Below, in pieces: positions 60,850-64,000 of a DNA stretch of 64,000 nt. Origin of the DNA: Candidatus Bathyarchaeota archaeon (GTDB lineage Archaea; Thermoproteota; Bathyarchaeia; Bathyarchaeales; Bathycorpusculaceae); contig CAWABA010000003.1 of the NCBI GenBank assembly GCA_963780185.1, forward strand, positions 20,860 through 84,859, given 5' to 3'. Each line of letters begins with the position of its first letter. The first letter of the stretch is position 1. The notes below the pieces were generated by a model that was not told the DNA's origin, ran no database searches, and saw only the letters and a list, made by a program, of their open reading frames with translations. Both the position numbers and the translations under genes were made by a program.

Positions 60850-62251
60850 TTGATTGAAGATAACCCCGGCGATGCCCGCCTAATTGTCGAAATGTTAAAG
60901 GAAGAAAAGTTCTCAGTGGAAAACATCGAGCATGTTGATAGACTTTCAAAAGGACAAAACCGCTTAGCCGAAGGCTCCGTAGACGCTGTTTTACTGGACC
61001 TCGGTTTGCCTGACAGCCAAGGACTCAGCACATTTGAGAACATACATTCAGCCGCCCCGCAGGTGCCCATTGTGATTTTAACCGGGTTCAAAGATGACGC
61101 GCAAGGCGTTGAAGCAGTCCGCAGAGGCGCACAAGACTACCTAAGCAAAGGAAAACTAGACGGACCCCTTCTTAGCACGCGCCTTAACCTACGCGGTTGA
61201 ACGCAAAAAACTAGATGAAGCCGTCCAGAGGCAAGCCGCCCTAATAGACCTCAGCCCGGATGCCATCATAGTAAAGAACCTTGAGGACACCATCACTTTT
61301 TGGAGTTTAGGCGCAGAAAAAATGTACGGCTATACAAAAGATGAAGCTATTGGGAAAAAAGGTTGGGCGCTTTTCAAAACAAAATTCGTTTCGCCCCTTG
61401 AAACCATAGAAGAACAGCTTAGGAAAGAGGGAAAATGGTCAGGCGAGCTTTGCCATGAAACAAAATCTGGGCATGAGCTGTCGATTCAAAGTTATTGGCT
61501 AGCGAAATTTGACAAGGATGGCAAGATAGTCGAGATTTTCGAGTCGAACGTTGACGTAACTGAACGCAAAAACTCTGAACGGTTAGTTGCCATCGGCGCC
61601 ACTGCAGGCATGGTTGGACATGATATCCGTAACCCTTTGCAGACAATTGCCGGCGAAGTTTTTTTGGCTCAGGGTGCATTAGAAGGTCTGCCAGATGGCG
61701 AATCCAAGAGAAACCTCAAGGAAAGCCTGGACACCATAGAGCGCCAGACCGAGTACGTGAACAAGATAGTTCAAGATCTTCAAGACTACGCCAAACCTAT
61801 TAAGCCGAGCGTAAAAGAAATAGACCTGCAGAATGTCTGCGAAGAACTGCTTTTAAAAACCAAAATTCCACAAAACGTTTCAGTTTCATGTCAAGTTGAA
61901 CCCGACGCCAGGCAATTGCTTTCTGATCCTCTCATACTAAAACGGGTTATAGTTAACTTGGTAACTAACGCCGTTCAAGCTATGCCTCAAGGCGGGAAAC
62001 TCAGCTTAGAAGCCTACCTAAACAAAGGCGACACTGTATTGTCCGTTAACGATACAGGCTGCGGGATTCCCAAGGATGTGAGCGCAAAATTATTCACGCC
62101 CCTTTTTACAACGAAGGCTAAAGGTCAGGGATTCGGGTTAGCCGTTGTCAAACGTATGACTAACGCGTTGGGCGGCACTGTCACGTTTGAAAGCGAAGTG
62201 GGAAAAGGTACAAGATTCTTCATACGGTTACCCAAAACAAAAAGCAATTGA
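60850..62251 (+). CDS. REC-PAS-histidine kinase hybrid, frameshift near 61180
   Basis: IEDNPGD, LLDLGLPDSQG; then PAS and GHDIRNPL, NAVQAM, DTGCGI, GQGFGL. Confidence 0.85.
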
Positions 62252-62389
62252 AAACTTGTTTCTTTTCGATTCAGATTCCTCGAACTTTCTTGAAATTATG
62301 CAAAAATTCGTAAATAGAATTTTACCGCAAAGTATATTGCTGTTTGAGCGGGTGTTAACCCAGTTTCGCATTGACAAGGAGCCAACATT

Positions 62390-63080
62390 GTGCCTGTAGA
62401 AGCGGTAATATTTGATTTAGACGGGACACTTGCCCACTTTAACTTGGACTTCAAAGCCCTACGCGGCGAAGTGCGAGGCTACCTCATAAGAGTTGGCGTC
62501 CCCACCTCAGTTGTAAACGTCAACGAAAGCATCTTTGAAATGCTCATAAAGCTGAAATATTCTTCAAAAACGGCGACAAACCGAACTCCGCCCGAGTGTT
62601 TGAAGATGTTCGAAGCGGAACTTTAGCCATCGCCGAAAAATCAGAAGCAAGCCGCCTTAACAACAAGCTTGCAGACTGGAGCCGTTGAAGCGCTAAAGGA
62701 GTTAAAGCCATGAAGCTGAAGACGGGTTTATGCACCACCAACAGCGAAAAAGCAGCAAAATACATTCTGGGGCGCTTCAAGATTGAAGACTTCTTCACAA
62801 CCGTCGTTTCCCGAGACAAAGTCAAATATGTGAAGCCGCATACGGAGCAGTTTGAGTTGGCGCTCAAAGCTTTAGACGCTCAGGCGCGGGGAACCGTTAT
62901 CGTTGGGGACAGCGTTGTTGACATGCAAAGCGCCAAGGAACTCAAAGCAATCGCCGTGGGAATCTCAACAGGCACAGCTACGGTGGAGCAACTTAAGAAT
63001 CACGCGGCAAACTACATCATCACTTCTCTAGCGACCTGCCACGCCTCATCAAAGAAATAAACAGACCCAAACCAGCCATT
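62390..63080 (+). CDS. HAD-superfamily phosphatase, frameshifted
   Basis: IFDLDGTL, CTTN, KPH, VGDSVVD split over frames. Confidence 0.8.
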
Positions 63081-63122
63081 TAACCCGGTGGCTAGCCATC
63101 CCACCTGCTTTAAATAAGCAAG

Positions 63123-63907
63123 TTAAGCTACAACTGCTTTTCCGTGGTTTGCAAAAAAAGAATCTTTTTTACCGCATCCACACCGTTCGGCGTTATGATG
63201 TAATCGCCCTTGTTATCCTCTTGGGCTATCAAACCCGAATCAAGAAGCTTTTTGAGATGAAAAATTAGGTGACCTCCCTTCAACTCCATTGTTTGAGACA
63301 GTTTAGAGAAGTTCTTTTTTCCTTGCGTGCCAAACTAATAAGAATCTTAAGCCGCACAGGATTAGCCAGCGGCTCAAGAAAATTTTCCACAGTGAAAGGA
63401 ACATCTATCACTTCCTGACTGCGGCTATCAGGTTTTTCGACAAGAACAATTGTTTGGAAGGCTCTTTTTTCTCTTTTTAGTTTTTTCTGGAATTTGGTTT
63501 GACAGGCTTCGCATTGCGTGCCTTTAGCTTTTTCCGCCTGGCTTCCTACTTGGTTTATTCTCGTCCAGATCAGCCAAAGCCTCCTTCGATCCACGCGACT
63601 TGGCTATCAGCAGGTTTTCAGCCAATTGTTCTTTAAAGTATTAGTGGCATTTTGACCTTTTTCCGCAATCAGCACTTAGCAGTTTGTCAATGTCTTGGTT
63701 GGCCTCTTCATTTAGGAGGTCGGCGTAATGCATTAGGCGGTTTTGTGAGAGTGCCTCTTCTACGGCGCTTAGTCGGTCTTTGAGGATTACGCTTTCGATC
63801 CTGCCTAATTCGGCTTTGAGGCTGCTGATTTCTTGTAATAGTTCACGGAGAATGTTTGTCATGGTTTCTTGGTCGGTTTGCTGGTTTTGTTTGGTCGTTG
63901 TGAGCAC
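63123..63907 (-). CDS. ArsR-type wHTH regulator with N-terminal coiled-coil/Cys region, frameshifted
   Basis: EPLANPVRLKIL then GGHLIFHLKKLLDSGLI..GDYIITPNG across frames. Confidence 0.7.
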
Positions 63908-64000
63908 CTGTGTTTTGGTATATTATTGTTACCTAAAACTATATAAAAGTATTTTGTTTTTTAGTATCCGTAAAATGGGAGGTGAATACATGCCAAAAGT

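Noticed and set aside
2689-63907. Many frameshifts (aor, propeller, trmB, alaX, MFS, hcp, methyltransferase, hybrid kinase, HAD, arsR) read as programmed frameshifting or mass pseudogenisation
   Set aside because: They are scattered small indels, some in homopolymers, in otherwise intact genes with no shared slippery motif; long-read error is the simplest explanation (check by polishing)

Overview
Archaeal chromosomal segment. Gene content and protein families point to Bathyarchaeia (TACK): metG, alaX, the eif6-rplX-pfdA-ftsY cluster, rpo5, a large PQQ-type beta-propeller surface protein and many PEF-CTERM-like tails. The backbone carries aldehyde/aryl-acid metabolism (aor with a ferredoxin, moaD/SAMP, paaK-iorA-iorB, paaI, ACT, a Liv-type ABC transporter), hcp, a VapBC pair, modE and a MEDS/multi-PAS two-component cluster. 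Two visibly AT-richer accessory patches (about 5.8-8.1 kb and 44.2-52.9 kb) encode surface proteins. The strongest unexplained signal is a conserved ~60-75 bp non-coding double-dyad element, AGTCAAG-N4-CTTGACT-N6-AGTCAAG-N4-CTTTACG-AATAGGCTTTTATCG. It occurs five times, each directly upstream of an accessory surface-protein gene, and pairs with a conserved 3' DNA word (GGCATCGAAAAA, encoding RHRK). Together these give a cassette-like array that may be a regulon or a gene-shuffling system. Other oddities: IorA with an internally inserted 4x[4Fe-4S] domain paralogous to the AOR ferredoxin, an Rpo5 with a eukaryote-like Rpb5 N-terminal domain, a tRNA-Arg-like remnant and duplicated non-coding elements at the island border, and a HEPN-motif protein. 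More than ten genes carry indels, most likely long-read sequencing errors. All family assignments come from motif recognition; no database searches were run.
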